DNA of 64,000 nucleotides from Candidatus Latescibacterota bacterium. GTDB taxonomy: Bacteria; Latescibacterota; UBA2968; UBA8231. Within the stretch, counting starts at the first letter, position 1, and every line of letters begins with the position of its first letter. This document shows positions 1 to 9,720 of the stretch, one piece after another. Location: contig CBDCDC010000002.1 in assembly GCA_965215195.1 (NCBI GenBank), positions 992,001-1,056,000 on the forward strand, in the 5' to 3' direction. The translations under genes and the position numbers were made by a program. The notes beneath the pieces were generated by a model. It was given only the letters and a program-made list of their open reading frames with translations, did not search any database and was not told the origin of the DNA.

Positions 1-1
1 C

Positions 2-505
2 TTCTGGCGCTCCCGCCTTCTGCATCCAGTCCCGGCGCACGTAGAGCGTCCGGTTGGCCCCCACCAGCGGCACCCCGTAGGTCTTTCCCTTGTACTCGCC
101 CGCGCTCAGGGCCACGTCAATCCACGCTTCGCGCTCGGCCGCACTCATAAAAGCATCGAGCGGCTCCAGCACGCCCCGCTCGGCATATTCGGGTATCATG
201 CCCATGAAGAGAAAACCCAGATCGGGCAGGTTGTCGCCCTGTATCATGGTATTGTAAAACGTCGGCCCTTGGTCGTAGGAGACGTATTGCTGTTCAATGG
301 TCACGCCGGGATGTTCGGCCTCGAATCCCTTTTTCCAGATCCCGTAGGTCTCGAGTTCGGGGCCCAGCCAGACGATCTTCAAGACCGCGTCCCGGTCATC
401 GGGAACGTCCGCGCAGCCGGACCAGACCGCGCCGAGGACCAGCAAGACCCACGGGGAGAGGGAGCGACGATGGGCTAAACAAGCCGCGCATTTCGCGATC
501 GCCAT
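2..505 (-). CDS. ABC transporter sugar-binding lipoprotein (5' part; runs off window start)
   Basis: Manual translation (not in ORF track): MAIAKC...VLLVLGAVWSGC (lipobox-like), FEAEHPGVTIEQQYVSY, GDNLPDLG, GVLEPLDAFM, YKGKTYGVPL...LYVRRDW; typical of family-1 solute-binding proteins. Confidence 0.85.
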   Translation of the reverse strand, partial: MAIAKCAACLAHRRSLSPWVLLVLGAVWSGCADVPDDRDAVLKIVWLGPELETYGIWKKGFEAEHPGVTIEQQYVSYDQGPTFYNTMIQGDNLPDLGFLFMGMIPEYAERGVLEPLDAFMSAAEREAWIDVALSAGEYKGKTYGVPLVGANRTLYVRRDWMQKAGAPE

Positions 506-711
506 AAGCGCACTTTCTCGCTTGGATGAGTTGCAAACAGTAGATTAGCAATTGGATGTCGTGCAATTTTTCGCTAGCCGTCAAAATAGGTAGAATACCG
601 AGCACACAACAGCAAAGCGTGGGCGGCCGCGGGAAGAGTTATTGGGCTGAACTCTACGACCCGTGGGCGTCTTCGTTTAATATCCCAACACCACTTGGAG
701 GGTTTTCCAAC

Positions 712-1779
712 ATGAACCGCAATCTGGCTGGATGCCTCGGGCTGGCTTTGTTGACCATTGCCCCCGGGCGAGCGCTTGAACGTCCCGACAAAGAGTTCGC
801 GATCTTCCAATTTCCCCCCACTATGATACCCCGCATTGATGGGCGCAGCGACGACTGGGAGCTCGTCCCCGAATCCTATGTAATTGGAACCGAGGAGTTG
901 GCGGAAACCGTCATCGGCAAGGGCACCAACCACGACCCGCAAGACCTCGAGGTGGCCGTGCGGGTGGGCTGGGTTAATGGTTTGGACCGGCTCTACTTCC
1001 TCTACGAAGCCCACGACGATTACTGGAACATGCACTACCGTCGCGGCGATATTTTTGAAGTCGCCGTCGATGCGGACCGCTCGGGCGGTCCCAACATATA
1101 CAACCCCCAGCTAGATGAGTGGGACAGCCACTTTGCGTTCAAGGGAGTACACGCGCAAAACTACCACATTTTCACGCCGCCCGGACCGGGCCGCGACTGG
1201 GTTTTCGTCTGGGGCTGCCAGCCATGGGTCGGGCGGCTGCCCTACGCCAACCACGCGTACTCGTACGATTTTGCCGAGGGCGAGAGCGGCCGGCTGGTGC
1301 TCGAATTTTGGATCACCCCTTTTGACTACGCCCCTTACGAGGGACCCGAGCGAGCAGTGGTGTCCACGCTGGTGGAAAATGCCCTCATCGGGCTGTCGTG
1401 GGCCGTGCTCGACTACGACGAGAGCAACAGCGCGTACGAGGGCTTCTGGAACCTCTCCCACAAGACCCGCATGGACTCAGACGCCTCGAATTTGTGCGCC
1501 TTTCGGCTCATGCCGCTCGCCAGCGGCTTGCGCAAGCCGCTCGAAGCCCAGTGGGAATTTCAAGTGGTGGACATGGACCGCAGATTAGTGGCCTTCAAAG
1601 ACCTTTCCTATGGCACCATCACCTCTTGGTCGTGGGATTTTGACGATGGCACTACCTCTGCCGAACAACATCCCATCCACCAGTACCAAGAAGCCGGGGG
1701 ATACACGGTCGTGCTCACCGTGCAAGGGCCGGAGGGCACGGCGCGCCGCGTCAAAGTGCAGCAAGTAGTGGTGCGCTAG
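712..1779 (+). CDS. Secreted DOMON/CBM9-like protein with C-terminal PKD domain
   Basis: ATG at 712 with ggagg upstream; signal peptide; PRIDGRSDDW; C-terminal FKDLSYGTITSWSWDFDDGTTSAEQHPIHQY...YTVVLTV is a PKD motif. Confidence 0.8.
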   Translation: MNRNLAGCLGLALLTIAPGRALERPDKEFAIFQFPPTMIPRIDGRSDDWELVPESYVIGTEELAETVIGKGTNHDPQDLEVAVRVGWVNGLDRLYFLYEAHDDYWNMHYRRGDIFEVAVDADRSGGPNIYNPQLDEWDSHFAFKGVHAQNYHIFTPPGPGRDWVFVWGCQPWVGRLPYANHAYSYDFAEGESGRLVLEFWITPFDYAPYEGPERAVVSTLVENALIGLSWAVLDYDESNSAYEGFWNLSHKTRMDSDASNLCAFRLMPLASGLRKPLEAQWEFQVVDMDRRLVAFKDLSYGTITSWSWDFDDGTTSAEQHPIHQYQEAGGYTVVLTVQGPEGTARRVKVQQVVVR

Positions 1780-1781
1780 GG

Positions 1782-4700
1782 TCAGCAACCCCCGAGTTCC
1801 ACGCAACTGAGCCGCCCCCCGGCCAGACTGCACACCACGCGGCCGCGGCACGGCCACAACCCGCGAATTTCCGCTTCCAGTTCCACAGAACCCACGCACC
1901 TGCCGTCTGCGTCACAGGCCAGCAGTGCGCCCTTTTCCACGGCCGCGACAATGTACTCCCCCACCGGGGCAATGGCCCGGATCCACTCGCCGATCTGGAC
2001 GTGCCAGCGCAATTCCCCGCGGTAGCTAAAGGCGTAGAGTTCGCCAAATTCGCTGGCCGCGACTAGGCCGCAGGGAAAGGCGCTGAGCCCCACAACCTCG
2101 CCGACGACATTGGCGTGCCAGACCTCGGCCCCATCCTGCGGTTTGACCGCGTAGATCCAGCCATCCTGCGTACCATAGACAATTTCCCGCACACCGTCTC
2201 TATCAACATCGACCAGTTGCAGATGGGTGAGGCCAATGCCGCGCCGCGGCGTGGTGGCATTGCCCTCGGACCCCACCTCTTCAAAGGTGGTCCAGCGGAA
2301 GGACCCATCGCTATTATGCACATTCAGGGGAGTGGAATATTCGGTCCCCGCAATCACCTCGGCCCGGCCATCGCCATCTACATCGGCTGCGGCGAGCGCC
2401 GTGATCGCGTGGTAGCGCACCCACTCGGCCCATTCGAGCGTGCCATCCGCAGCAAAGGCGTTTATGTACCAGCCCACGGTTGACGCGAGGACGCTCGTGC
2501 GGCCCCGGCCCTCCAAGTCGGCCACGGCTAAGCCGGAGACCTTTGAACCCCACCCCGAGTCCTTCAAGGTCCTGCACCAATGCTGCTCGCCGCTGTGGCC
2601 TTTGAGTGCGGCCAGTTGACCATCGTCCGTGCCCACCAGCGCTTCCACCGCCCCATCGCCGTCGATATCGGCGAGGAGCAGGGCGCTGGCCGCATTGTCC
2701 GCGCCCAGTTGGTGCGACCACATGGCCGCACCGTCCCCAAGCCTTAGTTGAACGACCTCCCCTTCCGCGGTGCCGGCGAGCAGCAATTCGCCGCGCACAG
2801 CTACAGCGCGGATATCAGTCGCGCTTAGGTCCCGGCTCCACTTGGCACTCCAGCCGCTCTGCGGCCGCCGCCAAGGGGATTCCATCGCAGCAGGAGGCGA
2901 TTCTGGGGCGATGGCGTTCATGGCGTCGCAGATGCGCTGCGCCGTTTCGCTCTGTCCCACTTGGAGCGTCGCGGGCGACCCGTCAAACACCTGCCAAGTC
3001 CAATGTGCGCCCTCGGCAAAGCCCAAGCACTCAATGCCCTGCAAGCTCAGGCTATCCCCCTTTAGAGAGATCGCGAACATTGCGGCCTCGATCTTTAGAT
3101 CGCCCAGACGGGTATGGCCGACGCCCAAAAGGGTCGTCTGCGCCCCATCGCGTATCTCGACCACCCTTTCATTCAGGCGCGCTAGGCGTATGTCGGGATG
3201 CGGCGTCAGCAGATTGACATAGACCAGATCATCCCCCGGCTGCATGGTGCGGGCGGCTTGCTGGTGCAGGACGTGGAGGACGTCCCCGGCGTGTGGATAA
3301 TTGCGCCAGCGGCTTTTCTCGTGCAAGTCGGCGACGATCTCTTGGGCCGATCCGTCGGCATTGTCGATGTACAAGTGTTCGCCCTCTTGGTGCAGACACA
3401 CCCTAGAGCCCTTGAGTTCAGCTTCGCCGACTAGACGCCACAAGCAAAAGCAGCGGTAGGCCCCGGCCTCGGTGCATTGCAGTTGGTCGATCACCGCAAA
3501 ATAACGCCCCTTGCCCCAGAAGATGTTGCGCCGCCAGTCAAGGCCGTTGTACCCAGAAGCCTCGGTCTGCACCAAGCCCAAGGTGTCGCTTTCGCTGCGG
3601 TAATTCAGCGAGGCCAACAGCGGCATCAGCAAGCCATCCCCCGGCCGCTGCAACGCGCCCACGCCATCGCGGATGACGGCGATTGAATTGTGGAACTTGG
3701 GGGCCGCCCGGATGTAGTCGCCGTCCCCCAGCCAAGCCCGGTCGTTCCAAGTCAGCCGGACGATGGTATTGCTGTCTTCGTGCCCGTGACAGAACGTGCC
3801 GCTCCCTTCGAGCAACAGGTACTCACTCAGCGGGTCGAAGTCGCGCCGCAGCGAGAGCTTGTCGAAGTAGAATTTTTGCGGATCGGGCTGGTTATCAGCC
3901 GGGGCGTACGCACGCACCCAGTGCAGCGCTTGGGCCGGCAATTTCATCGCGTATATGCCGAGCAGACCAACTGGTTCCTGCGGGACGCAATCGGCCAGCA
4001 CCCAGCCCTTGTCGCTCCATTCGACGCCGGCGTAAAGCCCTCGCAAGACGTGCATTAGCGTCGGCTTCTTGCGCGCACCCAGCCAGTTGAGGATCCACAG
4101 ATGCTCGGGGTTGCGCGCATACCAAGTGGAGACCATCGGCGCCCACAAGCGGCCCTCCCACCCCGCGGACGGAGCAAAAGGCGCGTACCCGGCCGTATCC
4201 CCGTGGTTGCTCTCGCTGCGCATGTTGTCCGTGGTCACCACCGCCAGTTTGCATAGATCGGCGATGGGGCCGTTCTCGATGTACCCGTAGTCGTTCTTTT
4301 TCAACAACGCGTACGAGAGCGTCTCTTGGGGCACGAGCCAAGCGTACCCCACGCCCCCGTCGTCGTTGGCTTTGTAGCAATCGTTCTGGCCGGCAAAAAT
4401 CCGTTCCACCACGTCCTCGGTAGGCGCGAATTCGCGGATGCCGTAGCGCTTGCTCAAGTAGCTGTGGCCGGCGGCCAAGTCCATGGCGATATAGGTGGTG
4501 TGGTTCTGGCGAATCTGGTGCGGGGGGTTGACTTTTTCGTCCATGTAGAACAGGCCGGCCAAGTGGCGCAGCATCTCGCCCATCATGGTCACCACCGCGC
4601 GGCGGTCGGCCTCGGTATAGAGCGGACTATCCTCGATCAGATCCCAGAGGTGGATGAGGCTGTGGAAGTGGAAAAAGCAGTGGTAGGTCTCTGGGTGGTC

Positions 4701-5378
4701 GCGCCGCTGGGCCCGCCAAGGTGCCAAGGAACCGGCGAAGATGGCCGGCACGGCGCGGCCCCACACCGGGTGATCGGTCAGATAGTAATACCAAGCGTAG
4801 TTTTCCACCTGACCGCCGCGAAAAGGCGTGGAGACCCAAGCGCCCTCCCAAGTCTTGAGATCGTCCTGCACCATCTTCTCCAGTTGCGCTTCCGCCGGAA
4901 ATGGGGGCAGAGGATGCTGGAACCGAGCGGCGTGTACCCTGTGCAGGTCCCCGGCGCTGGTGCGGACCAAATCCTCGAACACGGCCAAGGCCGCGTAAAG
5001 CCCGGCCCGGCTGCTGGCCCCGAGCGCAATGCAGTTTTTGCCATAGCCAAAGGGATCGGAAATCGACTTGACAAAATAGCCGTCCCCGCCGGGAAAAAAG
5101 GTATCGACAAAACAGCAGCGGGCCGCGTAGAGCCGCCGCAGCGCGGCATTGTTCGCCATGTTGCCGCCGGCGATCACCTGCACACTGCCAAAGAGCGCGT
5201 CCGTGAAATCCCGCTGCGCGACAATGTCGGGGGGCCGGCCGGCCACGGCGGCAATAGCTCTTTGCAATTGCACAACGGGCGAAGTTGCTGCGAGACCGTC
5301 CGGCACTACCAAGACCGTATCCGCGGCGAGGTTGGTGCGGGGAAAGTGGCGGGAGCGCGCAACGGCGAATGCTGTCAT
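1782..5378 (-). CDS. Large protein with heparinase II/III-like central region and C-terminal PQQ-like/FG-GAP beta-propeller
   Basis: HGHEDSN...DGDY...FHNSIAV resembles the heparinase II/III motif; repeated ADIDGDG/ADVDGDG/DVDRDG and W-blade motifs at the C-terminus. Confidence 0.6.
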   Translation of the reverse strand: MTAFAVARSRHFPRTNLAADTVLVVPDGLAATSPVVQLQRAIAAVAGRPPDIVAQRDFTDALFGSVQVIAGGNMANNAALRRLYAARCCFVDTFFPGGDGYFVKSISDPFGYGKNCIALGASSRAGLYAALAVFEDLVRTSAGDLHRVHAARFQHPLPPFPAEAQLEKMVQDDLKTWEGAWVSTPFRGGQVENYAWYYYLTDHPVWGRAVPAIFAGSLAPWRAQRRDHPETYHCFFHFHSLIHLWDLIEDSPLYTEADRRAVVTMMGEMLRHLAGLFYMDEKVNPPHQIRQNHTTYIAMDLAAGHSYLSKRYGIREFAPTEDVVERIFAGQNDCYKANDDGGVGYAWLVPQETLSYALLKKNDYGYIENGPIADLCKLAVVTTDNMRSESNHGDTAGYAPFAPSAGWEGRLWAPMVSTWYARNPEHLWILNWLGARKKPTLMHVLRGLYAGVEWSDKGWVLADCVPQEPVGLLGIYAMKLPAQALHWVRAYAPADNQPDPQKFYFDKLSLRRDFDPLSEYLLLEGSGTFCHGHEDSNTIVRLTWNDRAWLGDGDYIRAAPKFHNSIAVIRDGVGALQRPGDGLLMPLLASLNYRSESDTLGLVQTEASGYNGLDWRRNIFWGKGRYFAVIDQLQCTEAGAYRCFCLWRLVGEAELKGSRVCLHQEGEHLYIDNADGSAQEIVADLHEKSRWRNYPHAGDVLHVLHQQAARTMQPGDDLVYVNLLTPHPDIRLARLNERVVEIRDGAQTTLLGVGHTRLGDLKIEAAMFAISLKGDSLSLQGIECLGFAEGAHWTWQVFDGSPATLQVGQSETAQRICDAMNAIAPESPPAAMESPWRRPQSGWSAKWSRDLSATDIRAVAVRGELLLAGTAEGEVVQLRLGDGAAMWSHQLGADNAASALLLADIDGDGAVEALVGTDDGQLAALKGHSGEQHWCRTLKDSGWGSKVSGLAVADLEGRGRTSVLASTVGWYINAFAADGTLEWAEWVRYHAITALAAADVDGDGRAEVIAGTEYSTPLNVHNSDGSFRWTTFEEVGSEGNATTPRRGIGLTHLQLVDVDRDGVREIVYGTQDGWIYAVKPQDGAEVWHANVVGEVVGLSAFPCGLVAASEFGELYAFSYRGELRWHVQIGEWIRAIAPVGEYIVAAVEKGALLACDADGRCVGSVELEAEIRGLWPCRGRVVCSLAGGRLSCVELGGC

Positions 5379-5381
5379 GGT

Positions 5382-8300
5382 TCACTTTTCCTCCAAGGCG
5401 AGGTACTTCGCAAAATCGCGGCGCGCCCTTTGCAGACGCGGATGGGCGCCGGCCTCGTAGCATTTGACGCGCGCGGCGAGCAACGTGCGCTTCCAGGGCA
5501 CGTGCGGTTCCAACTCGTCGAGAACCTCTATGCAGTTGTGCGGAAAATTGAGCTCATAGCCCAAATTCAACAAGGCGTTCAGCCGCGTCTCCCGCGCGTA
5601 ATCCATGACAAATCGAGGGCGCAGGGCCGCGTACAACCGCTCGGCATGAGCCGCATCCCGGCCGCCGAGGTCTATCGCTAGCGCCAAGCCGCGCTGCACC
5701 AGTGCCGGCCAAGCCCAAGGATCGCGGCCGTACCCCCGGAAAGCGGCCTCCAGTGCTGTGACGGCCTCTGGTATCCGTCCCTCGCGCGCATGCAAAACGG
5801 CCGCGATCACGTCCGCTTCAACAGGCTGGAGGCGGCGCAACTGCTCAATGTAGTGGGCGGCCTCCGCGCGCTGGTTGACCGCCATCATGTAGGCCACGGC
5901 CGACACTTCGCGCAGCCCGCGGGGCGGGCGCGGCTGCCTTTGCCACCACGCCAGTCCATGGCGCGACCGCGAGTCCCACCACGCCGCTAGGGCTCTTAGG
6001 CGATATTGCTGGTGCGGCGTCAAATCCGGGTATCGGCCCGGGCGAATTTGTTCCCCTTGGCCAATCAGAAAGGCGAGGCGCTGGTCTGTGACCCAGTCCC
6101 AATCCACGACCCCGCCCGTTACTTGGGGCCGATCTGCTCCCCGGGCACGCGCCAATTGTTCCACTGTCTCGATATTGAAATGCCGCCCAAACCCCAGATG
6201 GCGGGCAAACGCGTACTCCACCAAGGTGCGATCGTCCGTATTCAGGGCCTGCTCGCCGGCCAAATCGCGCGCCACCGCAGGGCCGGCCACGTAGTGGGCG
6301 AGGAAGCCTTCGAGATCTGCGGTGCGCCAGACGGCAGCCAGCGCACTGCGGTAGGGCTCCTCGGCGACCCGGGCGCGCAGTCTGGGAATGTCGTACGACA
6401 GCGGCTTGGCAGACGACAGCAGCAGCAAATCGCCGCGCTGGGTCTGCCAAGTTTCCACGTGCGCGAAAACCGAACTCAGGGTAGCGTAGATCGTGCGGAT
6501 GGTCTGCTCATCCACCTCGTACATTTGCACCCACTGGGCGAACAGGCCGCCGTCCCGCAGCCGCGGGGCAACCCCTTCGTAGAATTCTCGCGTGTACAGG
6601 CTGGCGACCCCGGCCCGGTAGGGATTGGAAGGCTCGGAGAAGATGAGATCGTAGGATTGCCGGGTAGTCAGGACCACCTCTCGCCCATCGCCGACAATGG
6701 TATGCACCTTGGCGTGGCCGACCGCGTTTGCATTGACCGGAGCAAACGCGTTGGCCGCTTCGACCACAGCCGCCTCCAACTCCACCACATCGACGCGCTC
6801 CATCGCGTCAATGGCAGCCAGCCAACCTGCCGTAGAGCCGGTCCCAAGGCCAATGACTAGGGCATTGCGCGGCTGTGGATGCAGAATGGCGCCGATCATC
6901 CCGCTCATGATCTGGGTGGAGGCGTCCCCCACGGCCGAGCCTTCGCTCTTGCCGTTCAAAAAGAGCACCGGACCTCGGTCGGCCACGCGAATGGCCACCG
7001 CGCTCTCAACGCCTTCCCGCTCCCAGCGCACAGCGCGCCGCTGCCCTTGCATCCAACCCTGTACCTCGTTGGCACTCAAATTGGAGCGCGCGCTTAGCCC
7101 CGCCCCAATCGGACTGTGCCGCCACGCGGCCGTAGGCCCGGTCGCCCACAATGAGGACGCGGCCATTGCAGCCAAAGCCACGGCGAGCCCCGCCCATTTT
7201 GCGCTTTCTGCTTCCCTGCTACTTCTCGTCCGCGAAAACCCAGCAATACCGCCGCCCAAAACCGCGAGCAGCACTACCACGAGTTGCCACGCGCCCGGGG
7301 CCGAAAGCCACGGCAGCAAGACAAAGCCCCCGAGCAAGGCACCCACAATGGCCCCCAGCGTATTCCAAGCATAGGTCCAGCCCACGTCGAGTCCGAGCCG
7401 GCGCGTCCCGGGACCCAGCAGCGCAATGAGGAGCGGGAACTGATACCCCGCAACGACAGCCGTGGGCAGCACTGCGATGCCCACCACCACAGACCACGAG
7501 AGCACCAAGCCACCAAAACCCAACGTCCCCCACTCGCGCAGGCCACCGGCCAGCACCGCTAGCTGATCGCCGAGTGCAAAGGGAATGGCCATAAATAGCG
7601 CTTCTAGCGTGCAGGTCAGGGCCAGCCCGGCCAGCGTCGGGTCCCGCTTGCGCCCCCACAACGCATAGGCGGTCCCCCCCAAACCAATGCCCAGCAGCGC
7701 CACCGCGAGGATGAGGCCAAAGGTATAGGTAGTACCCCCGAGCAGCGGCGCCAGCATCCGATACCAGACCAGTTCCATGAGCAGAAAGGCCAGCCCGGCC
7801 AGCGCGGCCGTGGCAAAAATCAGCCGCCGCACAGCACTGTGCACCTTGGTATTTCCTGCTGGCGCAACAGGCACCGGCTTGTCAAAGGCGGCTGGATAGG
7901 CGCGCGCAATCCACAGGGCCCAGCCGCCGACGAGGGCGTTTAGGGCCCCGGCGGCCCACAGGGTCGCATCGGCCCCCAGCTGTTCCAACAGCGCGAAAGT
8001 GGCCAGCAAGGCCCCGGTCACAGCGCCGAGCGTATTGATTCCGTACAGTGCGGCAACTCGGCGTCTCCCAGCATCCTCGTCGCCGCCGACGGCTCTGGCC
8101 GCGGCCGGCAGGGTTCCGCCCATGAGAAAGGTCGGCACGGCCAGCGCACCCGCGGTTAGCACGAGCCGCACCAGCGTGGCCGCGACCGGCCCCAACCACA
8201 GGACTCCGCCCAAGGCGACGTAGAACTCGCGCACCATCCACACCAGCACTGGGGTGAGGGCGGCCGAGCCCGCAATGAGCAGTTCAAGGTAGGCGTATAG

Positions 8301-8540
8301 GGCCAAAGGCCGCGGGTGGCGGTCGACGCGCCGCCCGAACCAGAACCCGCCCGCGCCAAGCCCCCCTAAAAAGACGGACAGCACTGCGGCCGAGGCGAGG
8401 GTAGAGGCCCCAAAGACAAAGCGGAATTCGCGCAGCCAGACCATTTGGTAGATCAGGGCGCACATCCCCGACCCAAACAATAAGCCAGCGACCAGCCCCC
8501 TCGCCCCAGTACTGGGGCCGCAAATCACCTGTCGCACCAT
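5382..8540 (-). CDS. Fused MFS/spermidine synthase
   Basis: Many TM segments (SGMCALIYQMVWLR, LYGINTLGAVTG) followed by LVIGLGTGST, VDVVELE, GDGR, YDLIFSEPSNPY. Confidence 0.9.
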   Translation of the reverse strand: MVRQVICGPSTGARGLVAGLLFGSGMCALIYQMVWLREFRFVFGASTLASAAVLSVFLGGLGAGGFWFGRRVDRHPRPLALYAYLELLIAGSAALTPVLVWMVREFYVALGGVLWLGPVAATLVRLVLTAGALAVPTFLMGGTLPAAARAVGGDEDAGRRRVAALYGINTLGAVTGALLATFALLEQLGADATLWAAGALNALVGGWALWIARAYPAAFDKPVPVAPAGNTKVHSAVRRLIFATAALAGLAFLLMELVWYRMLAPLLGGTTYTFGLILAVALLGIGLGGTAYALWGRKRDPTLAGLALTCTLEALFMAIPFALGDQLAVLAGGLREWGTLGFGGLVLSWSVVVGIAVLPTAVVAGYQFPLLIALLGPGTRRLGLDVGWTYAWNTLGAIVGALLGGFVLLPWLSAPGAWQLVVVLLAVLGGGIAGFSRTRSSREAESAKWAGLAVALAAMAASSLWATGPTAAWRHSPIGAGLSARSNLSANEVQGWMQGQRRAVRWEREGVESAVAIRVADRGPVLFLNGKSEGSAVGDASTQIMSGMIGAILHPQPRNALVIGLGTGSTAGWLAAIDAMERVDVVELEAAVVEAANAFAPVNANAVGHAKVHTIVGDGREVVLTTRQSYDLIFSEPSNPYRAGVASLYTREFYEGVAPRLRDGGLFAQWVQMYEVDEQTIRTIYATLSSVFAHVETWQTQRGDLLLLSSAKPLSYDIPRLRARVAEEPYRSALAAVWRTADLEGFLAHYVAGPAVARDLAGEQALNTDDRTLVEYAFARHLGFGRHFNIETVEQLARARGADRPQVTGGVVDWDWVTDQRLAFLIGQGEQIRPGRYPDLTPHQQYRLRALAAWWDSRSRHGLAWWQRQPRPPRGLREVSAVAYMMAVNQRAEAAHYIEQLRRLQPVEADVIAAVLHAREGRIPEAVTALEAAFRGYGRDPWAWPALVQRGLALAIDLGGRDAAHAERLYAALRPRFVMDYARETRLNALLNLGYELNFPHNCIEVLDELEPHVPWKRTLLAARVKCYEAGAHPRLQRARRDFAKYLALEEK

Positions 8541-8546
8541 GAGCCA

Positions 8547-9686
8547 TCAAACTTGTCTGATGTAAATCCGCCGTCGATGCAGCCCCCGCTCGAGCCGCCA
8601 AGTCCTGATGCTGGTGTCGTCGATGTGCATGGTAATGTCGTAGAACCCCATCCTCGCAGGTTCCCACGCATGCGACCAGAGCGTCCAAGTGTCGTTGGTC
8701 TCCTGCGCGTAGGGCATGTTGACCGCAACGGGATCTTGGTCGCGGCCGAACCGAATCATCAATTTGTCGGTCGGCCGCTCGCCCCCCCACAGCAGACCGA
8801 CCACCCGATAGACGATCCGCTCGGACAGACGCCATTTTTCAATGCGGATGGGCAGGGCCGCTTGGTCGATCAGAGCCGGGTCAAAGTCCCTCGCCAGCTT
8901 GGGATCGCCCGGCTGGTTGATGCGGCTGGCGAATTCCAGCATCTGACTCGTCGCCGCTTCGCGGTCGTCGACCAAGGCGATCTCATTGACCCATTTGATG
9001 TCCGCGCAGCTAAACCACCGCGGCACCACTAGCCGCACGGGAAAACCGTGATCGTGCGGCAGCGGTTCGCCGTTCATCTCGGTGGCCAAAAAGGCGCGGT
9101 ATTTTTCGAGCTCGGCAAAGGTGAAAACCCAGCTCGCCCCCGGAATTGAAGAGTGCGATTGGACTGAGTATTCGTCAAAGCCCGAGATCAGGACGCGGGT
9201 CGCCGCGGGTTTGACGCTCAGCCTCGCTAGCACTTGGGTCAGGGGGACGCCCGACCACTGGGCCGCGCTCATCAGCCCAAAGGGCCGGTGCTGGTTGCCG
9301 GCGCACTCCAGCAGCACGGGGCCCATGGGTTTGACCAAGGGCTTTAGCTCTGCTAGGGCGATTGCCCCGGGTCGCTCAACCAGTCCGCGCACCGCGATCT
9401 TCCACGGCCGGGCAAAATCGATCCGCTCGGAACAGCGCGTGCGCACAAAGAAATGCTCATTGGGGGTGATTAGGGTGGCGGGCGTGAGCGCACTCAAATC
9501 AGTGTGGCGCCGCGCATCGAGTCCATGGCCTAGTTGCAGGGGTTCTTTGCCGTTGAGGAAGCTCAGAGTCTCCAGCAATTGGCCGCTGGCAAAGCTCTCT
9601 GGACGGGCGCACGAAAGGCCCAAGGCCAGCGCACCGCCCGCGCCAAGCGCCTGCTGGATAAACGTCCTGCGCGTCCATTCTTCCAT
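8547..9686 (-). CDS. Molybdopterin-dependent oxidoreductase, sulfite oxidase family (Tat signal)
   Basis: TRRTFI Tat motif, TPNEHFFVR, LECAGN (Mo ligand Cys), MNGEPLPHDHGFPVRLVVP, IKWV. Confidence 0.85.
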   Translation of the reverse strand: MEEWTRRTFIQQALGAGGALALGLSCARPESFASGQLLETLSFLNGKEPLQLGHGLDARRHTDLSALTPATLITPNEHFFVRTRCSERIDFARPWKIAVRGLVERPGAIALAELKPLVKPMGPVLLECAGNQHRPFGLMSAAQWSGVPLTQVLARLSVKPAATRVLISGFDEYSVQSHSSIPGASWVFTFAELEKYRAFLATEMNGEPLPHDHGFPVRLVVPRWFSCADIKWVNEIALVDDREAATSQMLEFASRINQPGDPKLARDFDPALIDQAALPIRIEKWRLSERIVYRVVGLLWGGERPTDKLMIRFGRDQDPVAVNMPYAQETNDTWTLWSHAWEPARMGFYDITMHIDDTSIRTWRLERGLHRRRIYIRQV

Positions 9687-9720
9687 TGACGGCCCTCCCC
9701 TGCGCAACTAACTGATTTGC

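Noticed and set aside
4326-5681. Long antisense ORFs (e.g. 4326-5681, 37517-38710, 59838-61382)
   Set aside because: Shadow frames of well-supported genes in GC-rich DNA, with no recognisable motifs
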